Assembly: GCA_963765495.1 (NCBI GenBank)
Contig: CAVXWP010000001.1
Span: forward strand, 704,001-768,000
From: Blastocatellia bacterium
GTDB lineage: Bacteria > Acidobacteriota > Blastocatellia > UBA7656
Reading direction: 5' to 3'
DNA: 64,000 nucleotides
Translations under genes and position numbers: made by a program
The notes under the pieces: generated by a model
What the model was told of the DNA's origin: nothing
The model's database searches: none
The model's input: only the letters and a program-made list of their open reading frames with translations
Shown here: in pieces, positions 17,330 through 27,900 of the stretch
Position numbering within the stretch: the stretch's first letter is position 1
Layout of the letters: each line of letters opens with the position of its first letter

Positions 17330-18916
17330 ATGGAATTAAGGGAAACAGGCGAGCCGGGCAACTACGCATCACGCATCACCGATCACGCATCACTTGCGAT
17401 CTTTGTTGCGGCGGTCGCGGTCAGCGTGATGGCGGCGGCGCTTTGCGCGGCAGGCAGGTACAGAGAAGCCGCCGGGGTTACGGCTGCCACGATTGCGCTC
17501 GGCGTACTCTTTTCCGCGCGTGCGTCGATAGAATCAATCCTCATCATCTGGTTTGCGGCATCTCCGCTCGTCTCTTTTTACGTTCAGTTTCCGCGAGAAC
17601 AGGCCATCATCACCTTCGACCGCGTGGTCTTCGCGCTTGTATTGATAATGTTTGGCTTTCAATTGCTATCCCGACTTGAGGACACAGCTACGCGGGAACG
17701 CGGCAATGAGTTTAGTCTTCGTCTATCGCATTTTGAAATGATCTGGGCGTTGTTGTCGGTGCTCGCGCTTCTGAGCGTGACGACGAAATCCGAGGATACG
17801 GGCTACGGCACAAGGGTAGCGATTGATTCCTTCTGGCTGCCTCTGGTCGCGTTTTATTTTGCGCGGCACAGGTTTCGGATGCGAGGCCGCGAGGGCTTTA
17901 TCTTTGCGGCTGCCGTCTGCCTGGGTCTGTTTCTGTTCGTTACGGGCGCATACGAATTTCGAACCGGCACGGACCTGTTTGCCTACAAGGGCTCTCAGAT
18001 CGTGCGCGGAGGCGAGATAAGAGTAAACGGGCCGTTTCTTTCGGATTCCTCCTACGCAGGAATATCGCTTCTGGTGAGTCTGTTCCTGATACCGGCGCGC
18101 AGAATATTGCGAGTTCGCCTGGATACAACCGCGAGGATAGCCTATTTCTGTGCCGTAGCCTCGGCGATAATCGCGTCTCTGCTACCGCTGTTCAGGGCAG
18201 TGTGGATAACGCTTGCTTTGAGCGGCCTTATCATTTTTTGGGGGCTCAGGAAAAGCAAAAAAGATTTCGACTCTGTCTCCGCGTCTCCGCGTCTCCGCGT
18301 CTCCGCGTCTCTCCTTCGCATTCGCACATCGCGCGCGCGCATAGTCGCGCTGGTTCTCGTGCTGCTGTCAGCAGCCGTGATCGGTGTGATGTTCAACGGG
18401 GAAGCGTTAGGCAAGAGGCTTTCAAGCCCGGAGAGCGTTTACAGCAGGCTCGCGACCTGGAAGGCGGCAATCGGAATTGCAATCGAGCGCCCTTTGTTTG
18501 GAGTAGGGCTGACGAATTACAGCGATTACTTTCAAGAGAAATACTGGGGCCATGACCGGTCGGGCGAATCGGTGTTCGACGAGCAGGCCGCGGCCTTTCC
18601 GCATTCCAACCTGTTGTGGATCGTCACCGAGATGGGAGTCTTTGCATTTGCCCTCTACATAGCCGCAAATGTATATATTTTTTTGATGGGCTATCGCGCA
18701 TACAAAAAAGCCGGGAACGTTCGGCAGAGGGCGGCGGCCATCTGTTATCTTGCGCTGGTTGTCGCCTACTGGATACCGGGGCTGACGCTGACCAGTGGAA
18801 TATATTCTGACTTGAACCTCTATTTCTTTTTCCTGCTCGGACTGCTGTTGAATATCTCAAGGACCGAAGAGGGGGATTTGCGCGAACGCAGGGAGGCGAG
18901 GCAAGTCGCATCTTAA
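17330..18916 (+). CDS. O-antigen ligase/Wzy polymerase-family membrane protein
   Basis: Many TM helices plus RLATWKAAIGIAIERPLFGVGLTNY...HSNLLWIVTEMGV (Wzy_C signature). The start could also be 17321. Confidence 0.85.
   Translation: MELRETGEPGNYASRITDHASLAIFVAAVAVSVMAAALCAAGRYREAAGVTAATIALGVLFSARASIESILIIWFAASPLVSFYVQFPREQAIITFDRVVFALVLIMFGFQLLSRLEDTATRERGNEFSLRLSHFEMIWALLSVLALLSVTTKSEDTGYGTRVAIDSFWLPLVAFYFARHRFRMRGREGFIFAAAVCLGLFLFVTGAYEFRTGTDLFAYKGSQIVRGGEIRVNGPFLSDSSYAGISLLVSLFLIPARRILRVRLDTTARIAYFCAVASAIIASLLPLFRAVWITLALSGLIIFWGLRKSKKDFDSVSASPRLRVSASLLRIRTSRARIVALVLVLLSAAVIGVMFNGEALGKRLSSPESVYSRLATWKAAIGIAIERPLFGVGLTNYSDYFQEKYWGHDRSGESVFDEQAAAFPHSNLLWIVTEMGVFAFALYIAANVYIFLMGYRAYKKAGNVRQRAAAICYLALVVAYWIPGLTLTSGIYSDLNLYFFFLLGLLLNISRTEEGDLRERREARQVAS
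18275..18311 (+). repeat. (GTCTCCGC)4.6 octamer tandem repeat inside the wzy-like gene
   Basis: Four exact 8-mers plus GTCTC, encoding VSASPRLRVSAS. Confidence 0.85.
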
Positions 18917-18920
18917 TCAA

Positions 18921-21023
18921 TTGCTGACCATTTCTAAAATACGCGAAAAGGTTCGAGGGCTTACGCCGTTTGAGGTCGGAGCAGAGGTGCTGCTTCGCGC
19001 CCGCAGGCGGACCGTCTGCACGATCAGCCGCCTCGCTGATCGCCCGGATACAAGCTACGTTACGGATGAGAAACTGCAAGCCTCGCTTGATGGCGAACCT
19101 GTAGACAGCGTGGCTGCGCACATACGCGAAGGCAACCGCCTGCACCTGACCGCAGGGCTTAATGATCTTGCGCGCACCGTGGAACTCATCAAACGACTCT
19201 TTCCCGATTCGGTTGATGACGCGAAGAGCGAAGCCGATCCGATTCTGGAACATCGAATCAGCGTCTTTAGCCGCGCCTTCGATTTCGGACCTCAGATAGA
19301 CTGGCACGCCGACCCGGCGACGGGCGCTCGATGGCCTTTCAATCACCATACTCGTGTGCCTTACAAGATAGGTCACGCGGCGGATGTGCGCGCGGTGTGG
19401 GAGCTTAATCGGCTCCAACACTTCACAACGCTTGGGCGCGCTTATTTGCTTACGGGCGATGAAAGCTACACCGAGGAATTTCTTATACAGCTTGCCTCGT
19501 GGTACGAAGAGAATCCGCCGAATTTCGGTGTGAACTGGATGGTCGCTATGGAAGCGGCGATCCGCGCGATCAATATCATCGCGGCGCTTGAGATGTTTCG
19601 CGCCTCCCCGAATATGACCGATCAGGCGATTGAGTTGATACTGAAGCTTTTGCTTGCCCACGCGCAATTCATTCGCTCGCACCTGGAATTTTCCTATCGC
19701 ACGTCGAGCAATCATTACCTGTCGAACCTCACAGGGCTTTTTGCGATAGGCATGGTTTTACCCTGTTTCAAAGAATCCGTAGGGTGGGTGAATTACAGCG
19801 CGCCCCGGTTGCTGAGCGAGATGGGTAAGCAGGTGACGTCCGACGGCGTTGATTATGAAGGAACGATTGGCTATCACCGGCTGGTGCTTGAGATGTTTCT
19901 GACCTTTTTCGCGATGAGCCGGGAAAGCAGGATCGAGTTGCCGGTCGAGTGCTGGGGGCGTCTGGAATCCATGTTCGACTTCGTTCGCCACTATTTGAAA
20001 CCGGATCAGACAGCGCCCGTGATCGGCGATTCGGATGACGGACGGCTCATTCGTTTCAAAGAGCGCCCGCCTGTTGACCACTCTTACCTGATGCCGATTG
20101 CGGCGGTCCTGTTTGAAAACGACATCTTCAAGCAATCGAATCGGATTGATGAAGAAGCCTTGTGGTGGTTTGGCGAAGCGGGCCACGATACGTTCGAGGG
20201 GCTTGAGATAAGTGAAATCGGCCCCGTCTCGCAAGCCTTCCCAAATTCGCAGATATACATTCAGCGCGAGGGACCGCTTTATGCCATCATAGATTGCGGC
20301 GATCACGGAGCGGGCGGGCGGGGGTCGCACGCGCATTCAGACGCACTCTCGTTTGAGGTCTACGCCTTCGACCGCACATTCCTGCGCGACCCCGGCACAT
20401 TTGTCTATAACGCGAGCGAGCGATGGCGCAATCGCTTCCGCTCGACCGCCTATCACAACACGGTGCAGGTAGACGGGCGCGACATAAGTCCGATTATGCC
20501 GGGTCATCTGTTCGCGCTTGGCCGCAATGTGCGCCCACAGGTCTATCGTTGGGAGAGCACCGATGAACAGGATGTGCTCGACGCGGCGCACTACGGCTAT
20601 ACGAGGCTCGACGAGCCGGTCACACATCGGCGCGTAATGACATTCGACAAAAGAGAAGGCTACTGGATAATCGAAGATTACTTTACTGGCAGCGGGACTC
20701 ATCAATTCGAATTCTTCTTCAACTTCGACTACGGGCTGGATGTGAATCTCGCGCCCGATCTTCGGATTACGGCAACGGGGGCGCGCGCGGCGATGGCCAT
20801 AATCCCGGCAAGCCAACACGGTTTCGAGGCGAAGTTTGCTACCCGCTGGGTATCGCTCAATTACGGGACGCGCGTCCGCGCTTCTGGTATCATATATCGT
20901 TTATACGCCGGGGTTCCTTTCGAGAATGTGACCTTGATCGTACCCTATAGACTCGGAGAAGAGGCAAGAGTCGAGCGGATAGCAGGGGCCAGGGGCCAGG
21001 GGCCAGGGGCCGGTAAGATTTGA
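18921..21023 (+). CDS. Heparinase II/III-family protein
   Basis: WELNRLQH, SNHYLSNL, DGVDYEGTIGYH, IGDSDDG, HAHSDALSF, DPGTFVY, STAYHNT. Confidence 0.9.
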   Translation: MLTISKIREKVRGLTPFEVGAEVLLRARRRTVCTISRLADRPDTSYVTDEKLQASLDGEPVDSVAAHIREGNRLHLTAGLNDLARTVELIKRLFPDSVDDAKSEADPILEHRISVFSRAFDFGPQIDWHADPATGARWPFNHHTRVPYKIGHAADVRAVWELNRLQHFTTLGRAYLLTGDESYTEEFLIQLASWYEENPPNFGVNWMVAMEAAIRAINIIAALEMFRASPNMTDQAIELILKLLLAHAQFIRSHLEFSYRTSSNHYLSNLTGLFAIGMVLPCFKESVGWVNYSAPRLLSEMGKQVTSDGVDYEGTIGYHRLVLEMFLTFFAMSRESRIELPVECWGRLESMFDFVRHYLKPDQTAPVIGDSDDGRLIRFKERPPVDHSYLMPIAAVLFENDIFKQSNRIDEEALWWFGEAGHDTFEGLEISEIGPVSQAFPNSQIYIQREGPLYAIIDCGDHGAGGRGSHAHSDALSFEVYAFDRTFLRDPGTFVYNASERWRNRFRSTAYHNTVQVDGRDISPIMPGHLFALGRNVRPQVYRWESTDEQDVLDAAHYGYTRLDEPVTHRRVMTFDKREGYWIIEDYFTGSGTHQFEFFFNFDYGLDVNLAPDLRITATGARAAMAIIPASQHGFEAKFATRWVSLNYGTRVRASGIIYRLYAGVPFENVTLIVPYRLGEEARVERIAGARGQGPGAGKI
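20984..21011 (+). repeat. (AGGGGCC)4 left flank of the four-helix-bundle gene
   Basis: Four exact copies. Near reverse complement of the array at 21395-21426. Confidence 0.85.
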
Positions 21024-21030
21024 GGCTGAT

Positions 21031-21432
21031 ATGTCGATTAAGAGCTTTAGAGACCTCAGAGTATGGCAGGCCGGAATGGATCTGGTGGAAGAAATTTATC
21101 GCTTGACGCAGGCTTTCCCTCAGAGAGAAATCTATGGTTTAACCAGCCAGATACAACGCGCGGCGGTTTCTACTTCCTCAAATATAGCCGAAGGTCATAC
21201 CAGAGAACACAGTCGTGAATATCTTCACCACCTGTCTATGGCTCAGGCATCTCTAGCCGAAGTAGAAACACAACTGGAGATTGCTGCCCGTCTGAATTAC
21301 ATCTCACAAGAGCAACCTCAAAAGCTTCTTGAAAAAGAGGGCTCTCTGGGCAGGCAGCTTTACTCTCTGCGAAACGCGCTGACAAAGAATCAAACCCCGG
21401 CCCCCGGCCCCCGGCCCCCGGCCCCCAGATAA
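21031..21432 (+). CDS. Four-helix-bundle protein (23S rRNA IVP / Avd-like family)
   Basis: SFRDLRVWQ...FP..E.YGLTSQIQRAAVS..SNIAEG...S..EVETQLEIA. Confidence 0.92.
   Translation: MSIKSFRDLRVWQAGMDLVEEIYRLTQAFPQREIYGLTSQIQRAAVSTSSNIAEGHTREHSREYLHHLSMAQASLAEVETQLEIAARLNYISQEQPQKLLEKEGSLGRQLYSLRNALTKNQTPAPGPRPPAPR
21395..21426 (+). repeat. (GGCCCCC)4 right flank of the four-helix-bundle gene
   Basis: CCCC followed by four GGCCCCC copies, encoding PAPGPRPPAP. Confidence 0.85.
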
Positions 21433-21434
21433 GT

Positions 21435-23492
21435 ATGTGCGGTATTTGCGGCATCTATGAATATGGCGTGAGCGACCCGGGCGTAAGCGGGTCGCTAGTG
21501 GCTCGCATGCGCGACACGATGATTCATCGCGGGCCGGATGACAGGGGAGCCTATGTCAGCCAGGATCGCCGCGTTGGGCTCGGGAACCGCAGGCTTGCCA
21601 TCGTAGATTTGTCGCCAGCCGGGCATATGCCCATGCCAAATGAAGACGGGCGCATCTGGGTCACGCAAAACGGCGAGATTTATAATCACGAACTCTTCAG
21701 GCCCTTGCTCATCGAGCGGGGTCACGTCTATCGCTCGCGCTCTGATACGGAAACGATAATACACCTCTACGAAGAACACGGCCTCGATTTCGTCAACCAT
21801 CTGGAAGGCGATTATGCCATAGCGCTGTGGGATACGGGCGAGCGCCGGCTTGTCCTTGCGCGTGACCGCATAGGAGTAAAGCCGCTTTATTACACCATCG
21901 CGGGGGGCCGCCTGATCTTTGCATCCGAGATCAAGGCGATACTCGCGCACCCGTCCGTCACTCGCGACATTGATGAAGAGGCGCTTTATCATTACCTGAC
22001 TTTCCTGACCACACCTGCGCCGCTCACGCTGTTCCGGGGCATCAGGAAACTTCCCGCCGGATGCCTGCTCACCTGCGACGCGCGCGGCGATATTAAAATA
22101 ATTCGCTACTGGGACGCCGTGGTCACACAGGCGGAAAATGATCACGCGCAGGATGAAGAGGAGATCAAAGAGAGGCTCCTCGGGTTGCTTGAAGAATCAA
22201 TCGAAAAGCGCATGATGAGCGATGTCGCGTTTGGTGTGTTCCTTTCGGGCGGGATTGATTCGACCGCCAACGTAGCCCTGATGGACCGGCTGATGAGCCA
22301 GCCCGTCCGCACCTTTACTGTAGGGTTCCGCGACAACCCCGAATACAACGAACTAGAAGAGGCCCGCGCTGTGGCCCGGGAGTATAAGACCGATCATCAC
22401 GAAATCCTGATCAGTCAGCAGGATTTGTTCGACTTTTTACCCGATCTGATCTTTCATCAGGATGAGCCTCTGGCCGATCCCGTGTGCGTGCCGCTCTATT
22501 ATGTCTCGAAGCTGGCTCGCGAGTCGGGTACGACCGTCATACAGGTAGGCGAAGGCTCTGACGAATTGTTCTGCGGCTACCGCGATTACGCCGATTATCT
22601 TGACCTGCACGATAAGGTCTGGAATCGCCTGACGAGACTGCCCCGGCCCGCGCGCCGAATGATCGCCGCATCAGGGCAGGCGTTTTACAGGGTAGGAGCG
22701 GCGCGGATGCTCAACAAGGGGCGCAAGATGATTCCCGATCTTATGCGCCGACTCGTTGCCGGAGAAGAATTATTCTGGAGCGGCGCATTCGTCTTTGATG
22801 AGGTGAGCAAACATCAACTCTTTACGCCCGCAACGCTGCAAAGATTAAACTCAAGCAGCAATGGAGGGGCTTTTTCTTCCTACTCGGTAGTGCGAGAAAA
22901 CCTTGACCGCCTTCTTGCAGAAAAACCCCGTGCCGATCAGCTTGAGCGGATGATTTATATGGAGCTGAAGCTCAGGCTTTCGGAGCTTCTGTTGATGCGC
23001 GTAGACAAGATGACTATGGCGACATCGGTCGAGGCCCGCGTGCCTTTTCTCGATCACAGGCTTGTCGAGTTTGCCATGACGATCCCTCGTGATCTGAAAT
23101 ATCATAACGGCCAGACGAAATACATACTCAAGGAGGCGCTCAAAGGCGTAATACCCGACAGCGTTTTGAACCGTAAAAAACAGGGCTTTGGCACTCCCAT
23201 ACACGAATGGATGTTTGACCGGCTGGGCGGATTTATCGAAGACTCTCTATTCAATTCCGGGCTTCGCCGCCGCGAGTTTTTCGACTACGATTACATAAGC
23301 CGACTCCTGAGCATTCAACGCGCAGGCCCCGTCAACTACTCGTTTTACCTCTGGAGCCTGCTGAACCTGAGCCTCTGGTATGACCGATGGATCGAAGGAC
23401 CGGCGGCAGTAGAAAGCGACGCGGGGGATCGCGGAGACGCGGAGATAAACGATCTTAACCAGCCACAGACTGTCACTACTACAGGTTCCTGA
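21435..23492 (+). CDS. asnB: Asparagine synthase (glutamine-hydrolysing)-family amidotransferase, probably amidating polysaccharide sugars
   Basis: MCGICG Ntn N-terminus, HRGPD, NGEIYN, LSGGIDS, EARVPFLD. Confidence 0.92.
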   Translation: MCGICGIYEYGVSDPGVSGSLVARMRDTMIHRGPDDRGAYVSQDRRVGLGNRRLAIVDLSPAGHMPMPNEDGRIWVTQNGEIYNHELFRPLLIERGHVYRSRSDTETIIHLYEEHGLDFVNHLEGDYAIALWDTGERRLVLARDRIGVKPLYYTIAGGRLIFASEIKAILAHPSVTRDIDEEALYHYLTFLTTPAPLTLFRGIRKLPAGCLLTCDARGDIKIIRYWDAVVTQAENDHAQDEEEIKERLLGLLEESIEKRMMSDVAFGVFLSGGIDSTANVALMDRLMSQPVRTFTVGFRDNPEYNELEEARAVAREYKTDHHEILISQQDLFDFLPDLIFHQDEPLADPVCVPLYYVSKLARESGTTVIQVGEGSDELFCGYRDYADYLDLHDKVWNRLTRLPRPARRMIAASGQAFYRVGAARMLNKGRKMIPDLMRRLVAGEELFWSGAFVFDEVSKHQLFTPATLQRLNSSSNGGAFSSYSVVRENLDRLLAEKPRADQLERMIYMELKLRLSELLLMRVDKMTMATSVEARVPFLDHRLVEFAMTIPRDLKYHNGQTKYILKEALKGVIPDSVLNRKKQGFGTPIHEWMFDRLGGFIEDSLFNSGLRRREFFDYDYISRLLSIQRAGPVNYSFYLWSLLNLSLWYDRWIEGPAAVESDAGDRGDAEINDLNQPQTVTTTGS

Positions 23493-23517
23493 GCCTCGAT
23501 TTTTCCGCCATTTATAA

Positions 23518-24909
23518 ATGTCTACCGAATCGAAAACAACAGATCAACTTGCCGAATCAGACGCAGCCGACAAGCGGGAGAATGACAAGCGGGAGAATGA
23601 CAAGCGGGAGAGCAATGCAGATTCCGTCTCCGCGTCATCTTCCCTTGTCTCTCTCTTACGCGCTCAAATAGGAGAAACGCCGCGCCAGGCCGGGATGCTC
23701 TTTTCGGCTCAAATGCTTTCGACCATCACGGGTCTGCTTGCGAGCATAGTGCTAGGGCGGGCGATGGAGCCGTCCGAGTTAGGAAAGTTTGCCTTCTGTC
23801 AGGGATTCGTAGTCATTGCCAGTCTCTTTTTCGATCTGGGAATATTTCCTGCCGGGGCACGAGTGCTTGCGCTTGCCCGAAATAAAGCGAGCGAGCAAAG
23901 GGCGCTCGGCGCGCTTGTGCTTATGGCCGTCGTAATCGGGGCCGTCTTTTCGCTCTTCATCGCAGGCGCGTCGATTCCAGTCGATCTGATCTTTAAGCAG
24001 AATGTTCGATGGGTGTTCACGGCTACGGCGGTGCTCGCCTTCTTCCTGCCGTTTCAATTGTTGATCGAGCAGAGTTGTCAGGGGTTGAATCAAATTCGCA
24101 GATTGTCTCTGTTCCAGCTTTCGATGACCGGCGCGAACCTGTTGATACTGGTCGGGCTTGCTCTGGCGCACAGCTTGAGCGCAGGATCGGCTCTGGCGGC
24201 CTATTTGACGGGCATCGGGCTGGCTTCGATGTGGACGCTTGCGCGCTTGCGTCCCAGTTTCCGCGACACGTCGCATTATGTCAGGCTCACGCTCAAAGAG
24301 GTGCGCGGCTACGGGTTGAACCTCTATTTCGCGCGGATAACCGGGACGGCGATGACGCGATTCGATGCAATAGTCATCACGTATTTTCTGGGGCGCGCAT
24401 CGGCAGGCCTCGCGCCGCTTGGGCTTTATGCGATAGCGCAAAAGCTTGGCAATCCAATAACCACGATGTCGCGGTCGCTTGCCATCACACGGTTTCGAGC
24501 CTTTACCAGACTCGCCCGCGTGCCTCGAAGGATCACTCGATGGAACGCGACAGTTCTTGTGGCGGCATCGGTGGCGCTCGTCGTTCTGGGGCCGTTTGCC
24601 ATCAACATAGTCTTTCCGAAATATGCCGGAGCGATTCCGCTGCTCGTGCCCTTTGCCCTGTACAACCTCTTTTCAGGTCTCTTCCAGCCTTACAACATGT
24701 TTTTATCTTCCCACGGACGCGGGGCCGAGCTAAGAAACATAGCTCTGATAATCACGATAGCCGGTCTGAGCGGGATGCTCCTGGCGGTTCCTCGATTTGG
24801 AGTGGCGGGCGCGGCGTGGACGGGCGCAGCCTCCATGCTGCTGGATTACCTGCTTCACTTTTATTACTACCAGAGATTCAGGCGCACGCTCGACTCAAAT
24901 AGAGAGTGA
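23518..24909 (+). CDS. Wzx-like oligosaccharide flippase
   Basis: Polytopic membrane protein with a LG.YAIAQKL and FGVAGAAW MOP-family pattern. N-terminal (DKREN)x3 comes from a 15-bp repeat at 23569-23611. Confidence 0.8.
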   Translation: MSTESKTTDQLAESDAADKRENDKRENDKRESNADSVSASSSLVSLLRAQIGETPRQAGMLFSAQMLSTITGLLASIVLGRAMEPSELGKFAFCQGFVVIASLFFDLGIFPAGARVLALARNKASEQRALGALVLMAVVIGAVFSLFIAGASIPVDLIFKQNVRWVFTATAVLAFFLPFQLLIEQSCQGLNQIRRLSLFQLSMTGANLLILVGLALAHSLSAGSALAAYLTGIGLASMWTLARLRPSFRDTSHYVRLTLKEVRGYGLNLYFARITGTAMTRFDAIVITYFLGRASAGLAPLGLYAIAQKLGNPITTMSRSLAITRFRAFTRLARVPRRITRWNATVLVAASVALVVLGPFAINIVFPKYAGAIPLLVPFALYNLFSGLFQPYNMFLSSHGRGAELRNIALIITIAGLSGMLLAVPRFGVAGAAWTGAASMLLDYLLHFYYYQRFRRTLDSNRE

Positions 24910-24994
24910 TGCGTGAAGCGTGATTCGTGACTTTCAGGCCATCACCTTTTGATAGGTTCATGGCTGACTTCACGAATCACGCTTCACGCTTCAC
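24906..24994. repeat. Inverted heptamer arrays (GTGAWKC)n ... (TCACGMW)n between convergent genes
   Basis: Arrays at 24906-24930 and 24970-24994. Each contains the stop codon of the adjacent gene. Confidence 0.75.
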
Positions 24995-27900
24995 TCCACG
25001 ACAACTCGGTCAGTCGCGCCGCGCCCAAAGGTCTCCGGGTGGTACATCTCTTCTGCTTTTGGCGGCGGTACTATGAAGTTACCGGGAGTGGTGGCGCGGG
25101 TTACATACGAATAGTTGTGAACACCCTCCCATAACAAAGAGGCAAAGGCTTCCACCCTTTCATCGCGCATGTTCTGATGCTCGAACCACGTACGCGACCA
25201 CCACCATCTGCCTTTGCTCGATTCATCCTTCGGGTCTTGAGGAATGCTGCCGGTCGTGGCAAGCGAAGGGTTCAACGGTTCAAGACCGGCGGGCAGAGGG
25301 TCTGTGAGCGCCACGTGATAGCGCCGGGCCGGGGTCATCATGGTCAATCGCACTCGCACCTTCGCGCCTGCCCTTATATGCCACACGCCGCTTGAATCTC
25401 TGGTTACATCACCGGCATCATCTACGGCTTCGTATGTTCGTTCGACTGTGAAACCGTAATCGGCGGCGGCAAGCATCAGGCTCTCAGGCGCATATCTGAT
25501 TCCAACGCGATAATAAAGGCGACCCGGCCCTTCTTTGTTGAGGATAAGGTTTTGCGCGTCGTTGCTTTCCGTCAGATAGCGCATCGGTATCTCTAAATGA
25601 AATCGCTCGGTGGTGCGGCCTCTGAATTCATGGTCTCCTGCCAGTCGGTCTCCAAGCCAGGCCCGCGCCACAAAATCGGGCGTGACTTTCTCGTAGGCAG
25701 CAAAATACTTGTCGAGTGCAAGCAATATGAAGGCATTCTCTTGAGTGTTCTCCCATCGCCCTTTTGTGCGATGCGCGAGCAGTCCGCGAACGATCTTTGG
25801 GATAAGGTCGTTTGCAGGCTGATCACCTATGAGTGCTTCAAGAATGATGCCGTCGGCGCGGCGCGAAGAGTGCAACAGCAAATACCCTCCGTCGCTGTAA
25901 GAGGTGGTGAAGTGCGCTGTCCCGGCTGTTTCTTCGGCGCGATTGTTGAGGTGTTTGCGAATGGCTGCGACTTCCGCGCTTGAGGCCGCATCGCCGGAAA
26001 GAACAGGCAAGAGCCACCCAACGGCTTCAAGCGAGAGCTTGTCTAATCCGGCCTCGGCGATCAGTCGGCGTGCTCTGGCCGCGTCTCGATCACCCATGCG
26101 ATTGCGCGTGTAGAGGGCATATGCCGTGAGCGTCCTTCTCGTTTCCGGCCCATAGTAGTCGGGCAGACGATTTTCGATTTCGCGCAGATAGCTCTTCGAT
26201 TTTTCGAGCATTGAGGGCGGCACCTCAAAGCCTTTTTCTTTGGCTCGCTCAAGCGCGTGCGCTACGTGGATGCTCACGTAAGGCCACGAAGGGTCGCCGC
26301 GTTTCCAGAATGGAAAACCTCCATCGTCGTTTTGAAGGGCTTCGAGCCGTTTTATGTCGCGCGCTACCGCGCTCACCATCTCTTTTGGCGCGGGCAATCC
26401 TCTGGCCTCGAATGCCGTCAGCACATCTTTGAGCGCGGCTACGGCCAGCACGCGAGATGAAAGCTGCTCGGAGCATTCGAACGGATAGGCCGTAAGATAA
26501 AGCACCGCGTCGGTCAATGCCCGAAGCTGAGTCGATGAGGTAGTGACTTCAAGCCCGCCAAACTGATTGACCACACCCGAAGGCGCTTTTACGGGTTGAA
26601 AGACCGCGCCGCGATCAATCTCTCCATAGGTCGCGAATGCCTCGGTCGTAGCGGGAGTCCACACGGGCAGTTCAACCTCCGCCGCGTCGGCCCATCGCCC
26701 CGATGCGGCTGCGATTTGAAAACGTGCCGTGCCCGGGGATGCGGTAGTTGCCGGAAAGCGAACCTCAAGGCGATCATTGGCCGGAACCCTTACGCGGCGG
26801 CCTGCGCCTTCGATAAGCGAGGCATTTGTGGCGCGAACCGCCACTTCTACATCCATAGGCGTATCGGTTTGATTTTGAATTGCGACGGGAAGCTCGAAAC
26901 GGTCGCCGAAGTTGAGAAAGCGAGGCGCAGACGGGCGGGCCATCAAGGGCAGACGCGCGGTGATTGCCGATTCGCCCTGACCGAAATACTTTTCACCCGA
27001 TACGGCAACGGCCATCACTCGATACCGTGTCAGGTTGTCGGGAAGCTTGACCTTTACGCTTGCGCGCCCCAATGCATCGGTAGGCACCGTGGCTGCGAAT
27101 GTCGCGAGCGCGTTGAAATCTGCCCGGACGCGAATCTGAGCGGGCTGGACGGAGGCCGCCGCCGGTGCTTTCATCTCCATTGCGACTGCCATCTGGGGAG
27201 AATAGGACCTCCCGCCGCCGCCGCCGCGCTCCAAATCAAAAGCCCCGGCAAAGACTCCTTCGGATGAATTGTTATTGCTCTTGCCGATCAGGGTGGCGGC
27301 GCTTGCCAGCAAAACATCTTTGCGCATTTGATAAGTGTTCGCTCCGGGCGGATGTTTGGGATAAAAGGCCGCTACCGGGTCGGCAAGATGATAATCCGTC
27401 AGGGCCAGGATGGCTTCGTCCACCACCACGACGGCAAGTTCGCCGCCGCTTACGGGCGCGCCGGATGCGTCTTTCAACTCGACATCCACTACGGTTTCGC
27501 CGCCCGGCTCAAGCGCTTTATCGCGTGGCGTTGCTGTAACGGCCAGCGTTCGCTCTAAAGGCGGGATTGAAAGATTCAGGTCCCCGGCGGCAAATGCGGG
27601 TCGCTTCGGCAGGTTGTCGAGCGGCCTGCCTTCATCGTCGGTTCGAACGGTTTCGCCTACGATGTCAACCCAGACATAGAGGTTGGGTACGTACTCATCT
27701 GTGATAGGAATTTTCAGCGTATAAGAAGGCCCATCCATGGTGAAGCGTTCGGAAGAGACTATACCCGACCGCCTCAAAGTCATGACGCCCTCGGCGGGGT
27801 AGAAGGGAGCCTGAACCAGAATCTCGGCAGTGTCGCCGCTTTTATACTCTTTGCGATCAGGAATCAACTCGATTCTCTCTTCCGCGACATCGCGTTTCGG

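Noticed and set aside
21031-21432. Diversity-generating retroelement or 23S rRNA intervening sequence
   Set aside because: The protein is Avd/IVP-like, but I saw no reverse transcriptase, TR/VR pair or rRNA sequence in the window.
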